A stretch of 64,000 nt of DNA. Source: Eledone cirrhosa. Its lineage: Eukaryota. The DNA lies in contig OZ024742.1 of NCBI GenBank assembly GCA_964016885.1, positions 84,630,001-84,694,000 of the forward strand, in the 5' to 3' direction. A program made the translations under genes and the position numbers. Under the pieces are notes generated by a model. It did no database searches. It worked only from the letters and a program-made list of their open reading frames with translations, and had not been told where the DNA came from. The first letter of the stretch is position 1. Each line of letters starts with the position of its first letter. This document shows positions 21,900 to 34,495 of the stretch, piece by piece.

Positions 21900-24800
21900 A
21901 TATATATAAACAACTATCTGGTTGTGGAACCAACCAACCAACCAGAAATTTATAATTTATAAGTTTGTAGATTTGTAAATTTATGAATTTATAAATATAT
22001 AATAAATTGAAGTGAAAGCAACTGGTGCGTGTGTTTCTTATTGGCAACATGACCCTCCCAAAGTTGAACAATATCGGTTTCAACACACGATTTCAGATAA
22101 AGAATCTTGCTAAACAAATTCAGAAACGAAATATTGTTATTTTATTTTCTTTCATTGTTGTTTCTGAGATATATGCCGAGTGGCTTCCTGACACCTAGGG
22201 CAAATAAATTCACAGTGTGTATTGGTAAGTAAGTTAATACAGCACATTGGTTATAATTGAAAAACAAAACAAAAAAAAAACAGTATACATATATACACAT
22301 ATGCATATATAAATACAAGGAGGGATATCAATCTCACAGAGATAGTACTCTTCTCAATACGTGTGCAGTACCAGTCAAAACAATATTTTGCACCACATTC
22401 GCAAATATTGTTCTGTTCCTTTTTTGATCATTCCCAGTCCTCCCACAATCACTGGTATCGAAACAGCCTTGATGTGCAACATTTTATCAATTTCAATAAG
22501 CAGATGTTTATATTTTCGTAGCTTGTCAAATTCTTTAGCCGCGATATTGTGATCACATGTTATGCTCATATCTATCAACAAACAGACCTTGTTATGTTGA
22601 TCTTTTATAATGATGTCAGGTCTACTTGCTTTTATGGTCCTGTCTGTATGTACAGGAAAGTCCCAGAGAATTGTTACTTTTTCTCCTTCAGTTGCAGCCT
22701 CAGGGTGATTTTGTAATGCCGACATATTACCCAGTGTAGATATTGACCAACTCTGTCATGTCTATATTTGTATTCTACTGGTGCTAAAACTTTAAACCCA
22801 GAGACTAAGTGATCCACTGTTTCAATCCCAGAACTGCAGAATCACCGCTTTGGGTTTATTCCGTTTCTCATCACACTGCGCTGGTAATTACAAGTCAATA
22901 AGCTTTGATCTTGGGCAGCTAAGATGAGGCCTTCACTCTCCTCTTTTAGCCCTGAACTACGTACCCACTGATGGATGTGCTTTTGGTCAACATCAGCTTG
23001 TTTTCTACGGGCCATATAATTGCCATGCAGTGGTTTCTGCTCCCAATTTGATGCTAATTGTCCTTGCCATTTTGCTTTCGTCAGTGATTTTATGTGCCTA
23101 GCAGCATCAGTTGCAACAGTTTCTTTAGTCTGTCCAGCCTGGGTATCAAGCATGAGATCAGTAGCATGTTTTTTGCTCTCCTTCAAGATAGAATGAAGCT
23201 TCTTACTTCTCTCATGCTTTTCAACACGTTTCAGCATACAGTCGTTAGTTGTTTCAAGGTATTTGGCCAGTCCAATGATGGTGGTCTTGTAAGCAATTTC
23301 AAATTGGATCAGGCCACGGCCTCCTTGAGTTCTAGGAAGGTAAAGACGGTCTACATCTGATTTTGGGTGGTTCATCCTATTACAGGTCAGTAGCTTACGG
23401 ACGTTGGTGTCGATTCTTTTGAATTCACTCATATTCCAGTTCAACACACCGAAGCTATAAGTGACAACTGGGACTGCCAAGGAATTTAAGGCTAGCACCT
23501 TTTTACGAGCATTTAGTTCTGATCTCAGAACTGTACGTACTCCCCTATAACATTCTTTCCTTATCCGCTCTTTCATACTTGCATGCTGTATGCCAGAGCC
23601 CTCATTAATCCCTAAGTATTTATAGGTTTGCTCCTGCTCAAGTTCCTTTATGATTGTTTCAGCATCCAATTCAACTGAGTCTGAGTTGACAAGCTTCCCC
23701 TTCTTGAAAGTGGCCTTTGCACACTTGTCAAGTCCAAACTCCATCCTGATGTCATCGCTAAACGTTTTTGCTGTCCGCAAAAGGCCTTCCAGTTCATCAT
23801 TATCTTTGCAATATAACTTCAAATCATCTATATAAAATAGGTGGCTTATTTTTTTGTTGTCAATTCCATAATCGTACCCTGTTCTATTAAGTTGTGATGT
23901 AAGGGGTATTAAAGCTATGCAGAAAAGAAAGTGAGTCACCCTGGAATATACCACAGTTGATGTTTATATTCCTAGAGCATAGTACCCCAGTGGAATGAGA
24001 CAATTGAATATTTGTGTTCCATAATGACATATTGTGTTTCAGGAAGTTTGAGATCGCAGGTGAGATTTTGAAGATGTCCAGTGATTTCAGAATCCATGAG
24101 TGCGGTATGCTGTCAAATGCTTTTTTATAATTGATCCATGCAGAACTGAGATTTCTGTGTTTATTATGACAGTTCTCAAGGATCATACGATTAATCAAAA
24201 GTTGATCTTTGAAACCATATAAACCTCTTCGGCACCCTTTTTGTTCAATGGGGAAAAGATTGTTCTTCTCCAAAAACACGTATGCTTTTTCCATGAGAAT
24301 AGACGTTAATGGTTTATAAGTGGTGGACAAGCTCGTTATGGGCCTATAGTTTTTTGGATCTTTGGTTTCGTTGTTCTTTGGTAGAAGGTAGGTAATGCCA
24401 CTTGCTATCCAATCGTGTATTTGTTGGATCTTTCATAATTCCATGAGACAACTTGACCAATATATGTGAGTGCACGGGAGTGAGGAAAGCCAGAAATTTG
24501 GCACCCTGTCTCTACCAGGAGATTTCCATTTATAAGATTTATTGAGTGCTGTCCTTAAGTCCGCTATAGAGATGTCGTCCCACGCCTGTTCTTCTAAATT
24601 TGTGTACCATTTTTCCAGTCGACTAATCCGATCTACATTAGCATTATATGTCTTCTCATCACTCAAAATCTTACTCCAGAAGTTTTCAACTTCTATTATC
24701 TTCAATAATAATTTTTTTCTTCCCTACTTCTCTATAAAATGATTTGGCATTTGATGAGAACAACTTATTTTGCCTGTAGAAGGTGTTTCGCTTCTCGAAT

Positions 24801-25158
24801 CTATGAATTCGTCGGGCTTTTACTTGGACTTTTTGTTTCAGAGATTCTTTTGTTGAACTATTGCTTCTCTAGAAGACAGTCCATATTTTCTCTTTAGCTT
24901 TCTTACCTTCTCGGATCTTATATCATTTCCAGCGGTCAATAAAGATATTTCTCCTCTCATTACGTCAACCTCCCTTTCGATTCTACTCCTCCAAATTGGT
25001 TTACCTCGATGTTTCGACTTTTTTTGTTTTTTTGATGGTAAGCAACTTGTTTCAATTACTCTAGCAGATGCATAAATGATTTCATTTAACTCAGTAAGAT
25101 CAGGTTCTAGTTCTTCTATGATTTCTTTTGTCACAGAATTACCTATCATTATTTGTTA

Positions 25159-25341
25159 GGTGTATTGGCAGTATCGGTAGAGGGTCGGACGCAATGCTTT
25201 GACGCATAGAGTTACGTCCCTTGCCATTCTGAGTTCAAATCCCGCCAAGGTTAACTTTTCCTTTCATCCTCATGGGGTCGATGAAATAAAGTACCAGTAA
25301 TGCACTGGGTAATTGCTGGCCTTGTGCCAAAAGTAGAAACA
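25159..25341 (+). mobile_element. SINE with 11-bp TSD
   Basis: Matches 2669-2851. TSD attatttgtta at 25148-25158 and 25342-25352. Confidence 0.88.
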
Positions 25342-25370
25342 ATTATTTGTTAATTATTTGTTTTCTATTT

Positions 25371-25461
25371 TAACTTTACCTCTCATCCTTACGTGGTCGA
25401 TAAAATAAAGTACCAGTAATACACTGGATTAATTGCTGGCCTTGTGCGAACAGTAGAAACA
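25371..25461 (+). mobile_element. 5'-truncated SINE with TSD
   Basis: 3' half of the SINE, flanked by attat(t)tgttttctatttt on both sides. Confidence 0.85.
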
Positions 25462-26335
25462 ATTATTGTTTTCTATTTTGGATTGTATTTGGGAGTTTTT
25501 GAAGTGGTTCGCTATCATTTATACTAGAATGTCTTACTACTGCAAGCTCATCCAGTACTTTTTGCTTTAATTCCTTCATAGTCTCCATGTGTTCTTCAGC
25601 AGATGTTTGGTTTTCAATTACTGTTTCTAAGTCACTCTCCTGGCTATTTTCAGCGTGTTCAATAGGGCTTTTTATTTCTACAAACCCATTTGTGATTTGG
25701 TCAGATGGAGGTCTTTCAGTAAAGACTCGTTACTGATTGCTATCTCCAGGAGATTCTTCAGTTCTTTCATCATTTATATTTATGTCATTCTCTACAGCCT
25801 GCTTGATCGCAGTTAGTTCAGTGTCTGTGAGTCTATTAATTCTGACGATATACCTCCTTACATTTGCCAACTTATTTCCATCCATATCACGTCTGCTAGC
25901 TTGATTCCGAGTTTGCCAGATTTTGTAGGAGTTTAAATTGTGTCTGTCTTGTGATGGCTTACCTAATGCATAGTAATATGCATATATTAATTCTTTATAC
26001 TCTTCTCGGGTCCATTTCATCCTTTTAGGTTTTTCTTTTTGAGGTGGTTTGGGTGGTGGATCTGGAGGGCTTGAGTTGGGGCAATCACCAATCAAGTAAC
26101 CATCCAGGTCCATAATTGGAGAAGAGTTTGTGCCAGAGGAGGAATTTTTGATCTCAGGTTGGCACCATCCCGAGGGACGCGCGTCCTGATTAACCATAGG
26201 AAAAGCGATTTGGTATTGTGTATTAATTGTTATTTGTTCATCTAGCAGTACATGCTTGCGTTACGTATGGTATTGGACGTACATGGAAATGTGCCCGTCT
26301 CTTTGGGTAGTGCATTTGCTGGCTGGCACTGATAT

Positions 26336-26513
26336 AATTGCAGTATTGGTAGAGGGTCGGACGCCATGCTTTGATGCATATAGTTACGGCCCTTACCTTT
26401 CTGAGTTCAAATCCCGCCGAGGTTAACTTTGCCTTTCATCCTTACGGGGTCGATAAAATAAAGTACCAGTAATACACTGGGTGATTGCTGGCCTTGTGCA
26501 TAACGTAGAACCA
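26336..26513 (+). mobile_element. SINE
   Basis: B box GAGTTCAAATCC and body as at 2669; ends in attatta. Confidence 0.88.
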
Positions 26514-27227
26514 ATTATTACTATTATAACAGTATAGTTATGGTCATTGCTGTTGTTGATTGAGGCGATATTGTTATGGTTGCAGCTGTAAGAGGTGTAC
26601 GAGAATTTTCTCAACTGTTCTTGTGGTGTGAGTGTGTTGGTGGTGGTGGCAGAGAGATTAATGCTGGGTGGGGTGCTGGGAGTGGTAGTGGGTAGGGTGA
26701 CATTGTAGCTTATAGGAATTGCTTCTCTCGTGTTATTTTCTGTTTTCTTCCCTTTTGTTTTGTCCTTTATGTGGGCTCCATACACATACATAAATATACA
26801 TTCACCCGTGCATACTTATACACACGTATGTATACACACACATATATATATATATATATACCAACACATTAGACACTGAGAAGGGAGGTAGGTGGCAGTC
26901 AGTGACAATAGTCTAAAAATAGATTGGGGTTTTACTGGTGTGAATGTGTGAGGAAGTGGTTGTGAATGCGGTGGTGGGAGAGAGAAGTGATCTTTCAACT
27001 GTCCATTTTTCTTTCAAAGTCTGAAATTTAGCCACAATCGACCGAAATGTAAAAAAACAGAAAATTGTATTGGTGAAATATTTAAAAATATATATGCACC
27101 TTTCACATCTTCAGCCACAGAAATGTTGCATAATAATTAGTCGGATTTTTGATTAAACAGAACTTATCCCCCGAAATAAAAACTGTGTTTTCCGATCTGT
27201 GTCTGTTTCTGTTCTTCAAATAATAAT

Positions 27228-27305
27228 TGTTTCTACTTTAGGCACAAGGCCAGCAATTATCCAGTGCATTACTGGTACTTTATTTTTTTATCGACCCCGT
27301 AAGGA
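27228..27305 (-). mobile_element. 5'-truncated SINE
   Basis: Reverse complement of the SINE 3' half (tccttacggggtcga...gccttgtgcctaaagtagaaaca). Confidence 0.85.
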
Positions 27306-27917
27306 ATAATGTGTACACAGCGATTGTAATGGTTAAATATATAAAAATATTTATGCAGTTCTCACAACTAGTGTCAGATTATTTGTAGAGATAAGTGGTG
27401 AAATAATTTGTCGAAATTTCGTGTTAGGGAAATCCAAATTAAACACAACTTACACCTAGAAATAAGCAACGTGTCGTCCGATCTACGACTGTTTCTCTTC
27501 TTCAAATAGTTTTTTCTTTAAGTTCAAAGAGCGAACGTCTGCATGTTTGTTTTGTGTACAGTTTTCGTTGTATTTATAATACATGTATGTGTAATATAAT
27601 CAATAGAGTCTGTTATTACATATATCGTTTTTCTTTTTGTTTTGATTTAAAAGTCTGAATAGTGGTGCGGCTGATATTCAGTTTCTTTATTTACACATGT
27701 GGTCCGTTATTTTAATGAAGAAAATTATGTTATAAGGACGAATTTATTTTTTGTAGGCTTCTTTGTTATTCGCCCATTATGTTTCCACTTCGTTTTTTTA
27801 GTGTTTTTATTATTGTTTTGCCGATGGTGTTCGATTTATTTCAAATTTTGTGGGGAGCTGCGTTATGGGCGTCCATGATGTTATTCGGCCAGCTCGTTAT
27901 TATTATTATTATTATTA

Positions 27918-29512
27918 CAGTTGCATTTATCTTGCTTTATGTTCATACGAGTTATCACCAAGTCACAACCAGTGACCTCAAGAGACAACAAGGTCCGCCA
28001 TGTTCAAGAAAGAACATACATATTCACACATGCATCTTTAGTGTTTAGACTTGTGATGTACTTATATTGACAGAATCTTCCTTAGTATATGGGCAGTTCC
28101 CATTAGTACTATATTTTGTATTTCTCCTATACGCGGGTTTCCTGGGATTTGCGATAAATAATCATTAGACCCCTTAGGTATCATTCCCAGAGCGCCTACA
28201 ACCACTGGTATTGTTTTAGTTCTCAATTTCCACATTTTTCCAATTTCTATCTCCAGGTCCTTATACTTGCTCAATTTTTCAAATGTTTTTATAGATACAT
28301 TCTTGTCTATTGGAACAGACATATTAATTAGCAGGCATACCCTCTTTTTAAAGGCCTTCAATATTATATCAGGTCTATTTGCATCTATTTTTCGGTCTGT
28401 TTGGATGCTAAAGTTCCACAAGATTGAGATGTGATCTTTTTCAAGTATGGGAGGTGGTTGATGCTCCCACCAATTCTTTTGATGGGGCAGGTCAAAATGC
28501 TTACACATTATCCAATGTATGTATTGTGCAGCCCTGTCATGCCTGTTTAGGTATTCGGTTGGAGCTATAGGACTGCACATTGAAATTATATGGTCAATGG
28601 TCTCTGGTTGTTTTTTGCATACACGGCACAATGGGCTGCACCCATTTTTTATTATGTTGGCTTGGTAATTTTTTGTTGGCAGACACTGATCTTTTGCCGA
28701 TATAATCAGTCCTTCAGTCTCCGATTTCAGTCCAGAGGATGCCAACCACTGATGGGTTAAAGTTTTATCAACATCAGGATTGTTAGCTCGCTCTGGGTAT
28801 TTTCCATACAGAGGCTTTTCTTGCCATTTCTTAGCCAGTTTCTGTAGCAGTTCTTTCTTTGCAGTTACTTTTAGCTGCTTTGCTTTTTCTGTGTTTTCCA
28901 TTTCAGCAGTCAATGGGACTTCTGAAATTTGTAGTCCATTACTGTATCTTTGTGCATCTTTTGTAATGGAATATGATCTTTTGATGCTTTCGTGTTTCAA
29001 AACGAGTTTGATCATCCAATCATGTGATTCCCTTAGATATGTAGATAATCCAATTGTTGCAGTTTTCAGCGCAATGTCTAATGGATTAACCCACGTCCTC
29101 CTTCTTTCCTAGGGAGATATATTCTATCTATATCTGCCTTAGGGTGATGCATTCTGTGCATGGTTAAGAATTTTCGAATTTTTGTATCGAGCCTACGGAT
29201 CTCTGTGCTTGACCAGTTGATGACATTGTAACTGTAGGTTACTACTGGTATGGCAAGCGTGTTTATGGCATCGATCCTATTCCTTGCATTCAATTCCGTT
29301 CTTAAGATTGCTCTTACTCTGCGGTAACATTCCTTCCTTATCCTTTCCCTCATTGTCGAGTGCTTGATTCCGTCTCCTTCACAAACACCTAGATATTTGT
29401 AAGTTTTTTCTTGATCAAGTTCTCTTATCACGTTCCCCCGATCAAGATTGATGTCTGAACTCTTCAGCAGCTTTCCTCTGGTGAAGGTTGCTTTGGCGCA
29501 TTTATCTAGTCC
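27918..29512 (-). mobile_element. R4/Dong-type LINE (family D2), 5'-truncated
   Basis: YKYLG, GGRGL, CRVC...ETIDHIISMC, RHD, NRPDII. (ATT)n tracts on both sides (27898-27917, 29513-29590). Confidence 0.92.
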
Positions 29513-29580
<68 letters not shown>

Positions 29581-29666
29581 GTTATTGTTATTCCTTGAAT
29601 CTCAGTCATTGATGTTGGTTAACTGGAAAGTCCGTTGGATTGAATATCAAGCCACTACCTGCAGCC

Positions 29667-32600
29667 TCAGATATTCAGGGCGTATCGGAGGGTTCTTGCC
29701 GTTCCAAGCAAGCATGCCTTTTGAAGCGTTCCAAAAAGCGTGAAGGGGCCGATTTTCTTTAACCATCCCTGGAAACCTTTGGAGATAGTCCCCAGTGCGC
29801 CTATGACAATCGGGATCACTTTGACTTCATGGCAGTTCCAAATCCTTTTCACCTCCCACTTTAGGTCCTGGTATCGGTTAATTTTCTCCCTCTCCTTCTC
29901 TTGCACTCTCGTGTCGAACGGGCAGGCCACATCCACAATCAGGCACGATCTTTTTTCTTTGTCCACAACCACCAGGTCAGGTCTATTGTGTTCCAGTTTT
30001 TTGTCCGTCTGTATCCTAAAATCCCACAGCACCTTCACCTGACTGTTCTCCATCACCGCCTCTGGCCTATGCTCATACCATTTCTCAGAATGTGGTAGAT
30101 TGTTTACTTTGCACAGGTGCCAGTGGATCACCCTGCCCATCACATCGTGTCTCCAGCCCTTATAGTGGGTCTGGGCTAGGTGTTTACACTCGGACACAAT
30201 GTGAGCCACAGTCTCCTCTCTCTCTCCACAGATCCTGCACAGTGGGCTAGCCTCCTCCTTGTAGATATGGTGCTTCAACCACTTCGTTTTGAGGGCCTGC
30301 TCCTGCGCAGCCATTAGCATTCCTTCTGTAGCCTTTTAAGGTCTCCTCTTCTCAACCAGTTCCATGTCTGTGGATCTCTAAATTCAGTTTTCTCAAAGAA
30401 GGTACTATGAAGGGATTTTCCCTTAAGGCTGCTCTTCCTCCTTGATGTTATTTCCTCCTTGGGTATCCCCTGGCCTACTGTCCCCTCCTTCAGTACAGCT
30501 CTGAGCATTGGCTCCTTACTATAGGTCACGTATTTGTATAGGTTGTTTTTCTCCATCTGAACACAGTCCTCTATGCTGATAAGACCTCTTCCACCCTCAG
30601 ATCTCCTTAGGTAGAGTCTATCGACATCACTCCTCTTGTGGAACATGTTGTAGATAGTCAATAGCTTCCTAGTCTTCCTATCCATTTCTTTTTGTTCAGC
30701 AACATTCCATCTCAGAATTCCCGCACTGTACCTAATAATAGACACAGCTCGGGAATTTACTGCGCTTATGGCATTTCTGCTGTTCAGATGTGACTTCAAT
30801 ACGCTCCTTACTCTCCGAATGTATTCAGTTCTTAACAATTCCTTCATTTTTTTGTTCTTTATGCCATCAGCCTCCAGAACGCCCAAATACTTGTATCCTT
30901 CCTCAGAGTCAATTTCCTTTATCATCTCACCTGTTGGTATCTGGATCCCGTTACTTCTGCTCAACCTACCCCTCCTCATCACAATGACTCCACATTTACC
31001 AATACCAAACTGCATACATATATCACTGCTGAAAATACGGACAGTGTCAACAAGCACATCCAACTCCTTCTCACTTTTCCCGAAGAGCTTAAGATCGTCC
31101 ATGAAGAGGAGGTGATTGATGGTAAGCTCTCCCCTTCCCAACTTGTATCCTGCTCTCACTTTTCGCAGCATAATGGTCAAGGGCATCAGGGCAAGGACAA
31201 ACAACAGAGGGGACAGGCTATCTCCCTGGAAGATACCTCTCTTGATCTTCACGCTTCCCAAGGATACTCCAGTTGATGTCAACTCTGTCTCCCAGGACCC
31301 CATACTCCTGCCCAGCAACTGTCTGATGTTATCTGCCACCCTGAAGACCTCCAGGCTTTTGGTGATCCAGGAATGAGGCACCATGTCAAATGCCTTTCTG
31401 TAGTCTATCCATCCCATGGCAAGATCAGTGTGTCTCCTCCTGCAATTCCCCATTACCATCTTATCAATAAGCAACTGGTCCTTTGTATCACGTGACTTCT
31501 TTCGGCATCCTTTCTGTTCGTCCGGTAACAAGTTGTTTGTGTGGAGGTGATGGTAGATTTCCTCAGACACAATGCTCGTCAACAGTTTCCACATTACGGG
31601 CAGACATGTAATAGGTCTATAGTTGGTAACATCATTACCCTTGATTCGGTCTTTCATTATCAGAACTGTGGTACCTTTTGTCAACCACTCTGGCACCTCA
31701 CCCGACACCAAGCAGTCATTGAACATGGCCGTCAGCTTCGGGTGGAGGGATGTTAAATGTTTAATCCAATACCCCTGCACACCATCTGGGCCTGGTGATT
31801 TCCAGTTGGTTAGTTTTTTGGCTTGCCCCTTAAGAGTTTCAACTGTGATACTCAAATCAGTCTGTTGTTGTGCCTTCTCACCGATCTCCCTCTGTACTGT
31901 CTCAATCCACCCTGCCTGGGCATTGTGTCTAACATCCTGCTCCCATATTCCTCTCCAGAATGTTTTAGCTTGTTCCGCCCCAGGGATCAAGTCGTTGCCT
32001 CTTTCTTTCCCCTCAAGCTGTCCAAACAGCATCTTCTGGTTGTTGTCGAACATGCGGTTCTGTTTATACTGACTGACTCTGTTCTCGTATCGCCTGATTT
32101 TGGCACTCTTTGCTACAATGCGTTGCTTCAATTCCTCTATGATAATATTTAGCTTTTTACTCCTAGTTTTGTATTTTATTTCCAGTCTATTTTTAGTGCC
32201 TATGTTTTTTAGTGTCCCATTCAGTAGTGACTCAAGCTTTCCTATGTCATTTCTCATTTCCCCGATTTGCCCACTCAGTCGCTTCTTCCACCACGGCTCT
32301 GCTCTTTCTTGTCTGTTGTTTCCTCTCGCTTTTATACCAAGTAGTTTCCTCACCGTATTTGCTGTTGCTTTGAGGATATTGTTGCACTGGTGAAGACTCC
32401 TCGCCTCAAGGTATGGGATGACTTTGTTTACCTTAGCTGTTGTTTCTTTTAACTTTTTCCTGTCTACAAATCTTAGGTTCATAGGTCTCCCACTATCATT
32501 GTTCAACTCATCTACCACTAAATTTAGGATGTCAACCGAATCTTGTCCTAGCCCGTCAGCATCCATCTCCTCAGTGGCCGTATCTCTGTTCCAGGTATTA

Positions 32601-33058
32601 TTTATCTCAGTATTCAGATCATTGTCTGCTTCGGGTGGTTCCTCCGTTCTCAGGACCTCCTCACCTTCATTTCCCGCCGGCTCGCTTGTCTGGCATACTA
32701 CACCCGCCATCTCCAAGCCATTCTCTCTGCTCAGTTCCTCCAGTTCCGGCTCGCTTATCCACCCATTAGTTCTTATTACCCGAGCCTGCCCGGCCAATTT
32801 TTGTTCATCTAATTTAAATAAACCAATCTCGTTCCAGATGTTATGCATCCGTCTCCTGTAGCCCCTCTCCTTGGGGTTACTTTTCAGGTAGCATTGCATA
32901 ACAGTTCTATTCAATTCTTTCGTCCAGTTGGTTCTGGCCCCTTTCCTTCTTCTTCTTCCTCCAACATCAGCAGTATTTGGTTGACAGTCAGGTTCCTGCT
33001 GCTGAGCCAGGGGGCACCTGTTGGGTGAGAGTCTGTCACATGACGTTCTAGTCTCCAT
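29667..33058 (-). CDS. R4/Dong polyprotein (RT, CCHC zinc knuckle, RLE), about 1130 aa, single frameshift near 30335
   Basis: The 914-aa ORF (WKSPGPDG, NYRPITCL, QGDSLSP, FMDD, YKYLG, GGRGL) and the 217-aa ORF (CRIC...H...C, RPD, KINRY) join if one base is restored in an A-run that has 5 nt in sister copies. Confidence 0.88.
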
Positions 33059-33629
33059 TTCACCGTTATTCGAACTGTTTATGTTCGATATTTAAACACT
33101 CTTATCGAGGATTTGCGAATGTATGTTTACATAGCCATCTGTGGATCCGCCATCCCACTTGGCCCTTGTGTGGCATTATCACCACGCTGTATACGGACAC
33201 ACATAAACAAACAAACACACGGGCAGAAAGGGCCCCAAAAATGAATAAGCATAAGTTTCATTGTAATGTAGTATTCGAATGTCTGACTTAGTTTTTGTTT
33301 TTTAAGTTTTACTTCCCCCCCCCCCTCTTCTCTGTCCGTCCGCCTGCTTCTCTCTTCATTCTTATTTTCTTTACGTTTTTGGGGTTTCTTTTTTTGTTTT
33401 TGTTTTTCTCTGTTTTTCTCGTTTTTTACTGTTGTTGCTGTGCTGCTTTTGTTGTTTGTTTTTTCTTTTTTCTTTTGAGTCTATCTATATATTTTGATGC
33501 CTTCCTCTTTGTTAGTAGTAGGAATTCTATAATGTGGAAGTGGTAGCCAGCAGAGACTGGCGGCGTTGGCGATACTGAGACAGTGGTGGTGGTGATGTCG
33601 ATACCGAGGCAGTGGTGGCGGTGATGCGA

Positions 33630-34285
33630 CCGTATTACTGTAGTGATGGTGCTGTAGCGGTGGCAGCAGCAGTGAAGGAGTCAGGGGGTGGTGGCGGCGG
33701 TGATGGGATAGTGGTGGTAATGATGGCCGTAGTGAGCGGTGGCGGTGAAGGTGAAAATGCTGTTGTGTTTAGTGTACACAGATGATGGGGTGGGTGGTGT
33801 ATCTAGTTTCTGGTGTTGGTGAGTTTCGCTGTCCTATATAGTGTAGCCAGAGGAGAGGAGGGGGGGGGGGGTTCTTCTTCTTCCATTTATAGCCATTTTA
33901 TTTATTTATTTTTTTTTTTTGGATATACAATGTACAATACAAAGTTGAATATTTGAATATTTGAGCCGTATTACTGTAGTGATGGTGCTGTAGCGGTAGC
34001 AGCAGCAGTGAAGGAGTCAAGGGGTGGTGGCGGCGGTGATGGGATAGTGGTGGTAATGATGGCCGTAGTGAGCGGTGGCGGTGAAGGTGAAAATGCTGTT
34101 GTGTTTAGTGTACACAGATGATGGGGTGGGTGGTGTATCTAGTTTCTGGTGTTGGTGAGTTTAGCTGTCCTATATAGTGTAGCCAGAGGAGAGGAGGGGG
34201 GGGGGTTCTTCTTCTTCCATTTATAGCCATTTTTTTTTGGATATACAGTGTACAATACAAAGTTGAATATTTGAATATTTGAGCC
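33630..34285. repeat. Tandem duplication (about 336 + 320 bp) inside the Dong 5' UTR
   Basis: ccgtattactgtagtgatgg...gaatatttgag occurs at 33630-33965 and 33966-34285. Confidence 0.9.
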
Positions 34286-34495
34286 TTATAACAATATATA
34301 TTTGGGGCTCAAGCCGGGTGCTTTACGTAGCATTTGTACTAAGAGTTGTTATTTCACAAATGATTTAAATATGTTAAAAATTCAAAACTTACGGGAACGA
34401 TTTCATGACCTCCGTCACCTCGTGCGTCTTCTTCCCTTATAATTATTATTATTATTATTATAATTATTATTATTATTATAATTATTATTATTATT

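Larger units (their letters stand above)
17160..22064. mobile_element. Penelope-like element as a tail-out inverted duplication (arms 17160-19460 and 19765-22064)
   Basis: The arms are reverse complements over about 2.3 kb with roughly ten differences seen by eye. Both encode RT + GIY-YIG. Confidence 0.95.
22320..26330 (-). mobile_element. Decayed near-full-length R4/Dong-type LINE (family D3), interrupted by two SINEs
   Basis: ORF pieces from ATG 26197 (KRMKWTREE) through WKSPGRD, EQKGCRRG, GIFQGDS, HLFYIDDLK, GGRGL, ILAAQDQ, RPDIII...IDM. Confidence 0.88.
29591..34436 (-). mobile_element. Full-length R4/Dong-type LINE (family D1), about 1.4-kb 5' UTR
   Basis: Reads (TAA)n-GGGAAGAA... to ...TCAAGGAA-(TAA)n on the minus strand. 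The 5' end matches the copy at 45381. Confidence 0.95.

Noticed and set aside
17160-22064. Palindrome as a pure assembly or fold-back read artefact
   Set aside because: The arms differ at about ten positions, stop exactly at the element 3' ends with unrelated flanks, and have a complex unique spacer.
34385-34436. HDV-like ribozyme at the Dong 5' end (also 45381-45430)
   Set aside because: GGGAA could pair with a downstream TCCC, but I could not find the P3/L3, P1.1 or J4/2 elements by eye. An RNAmotif/Infernal search would be needed.
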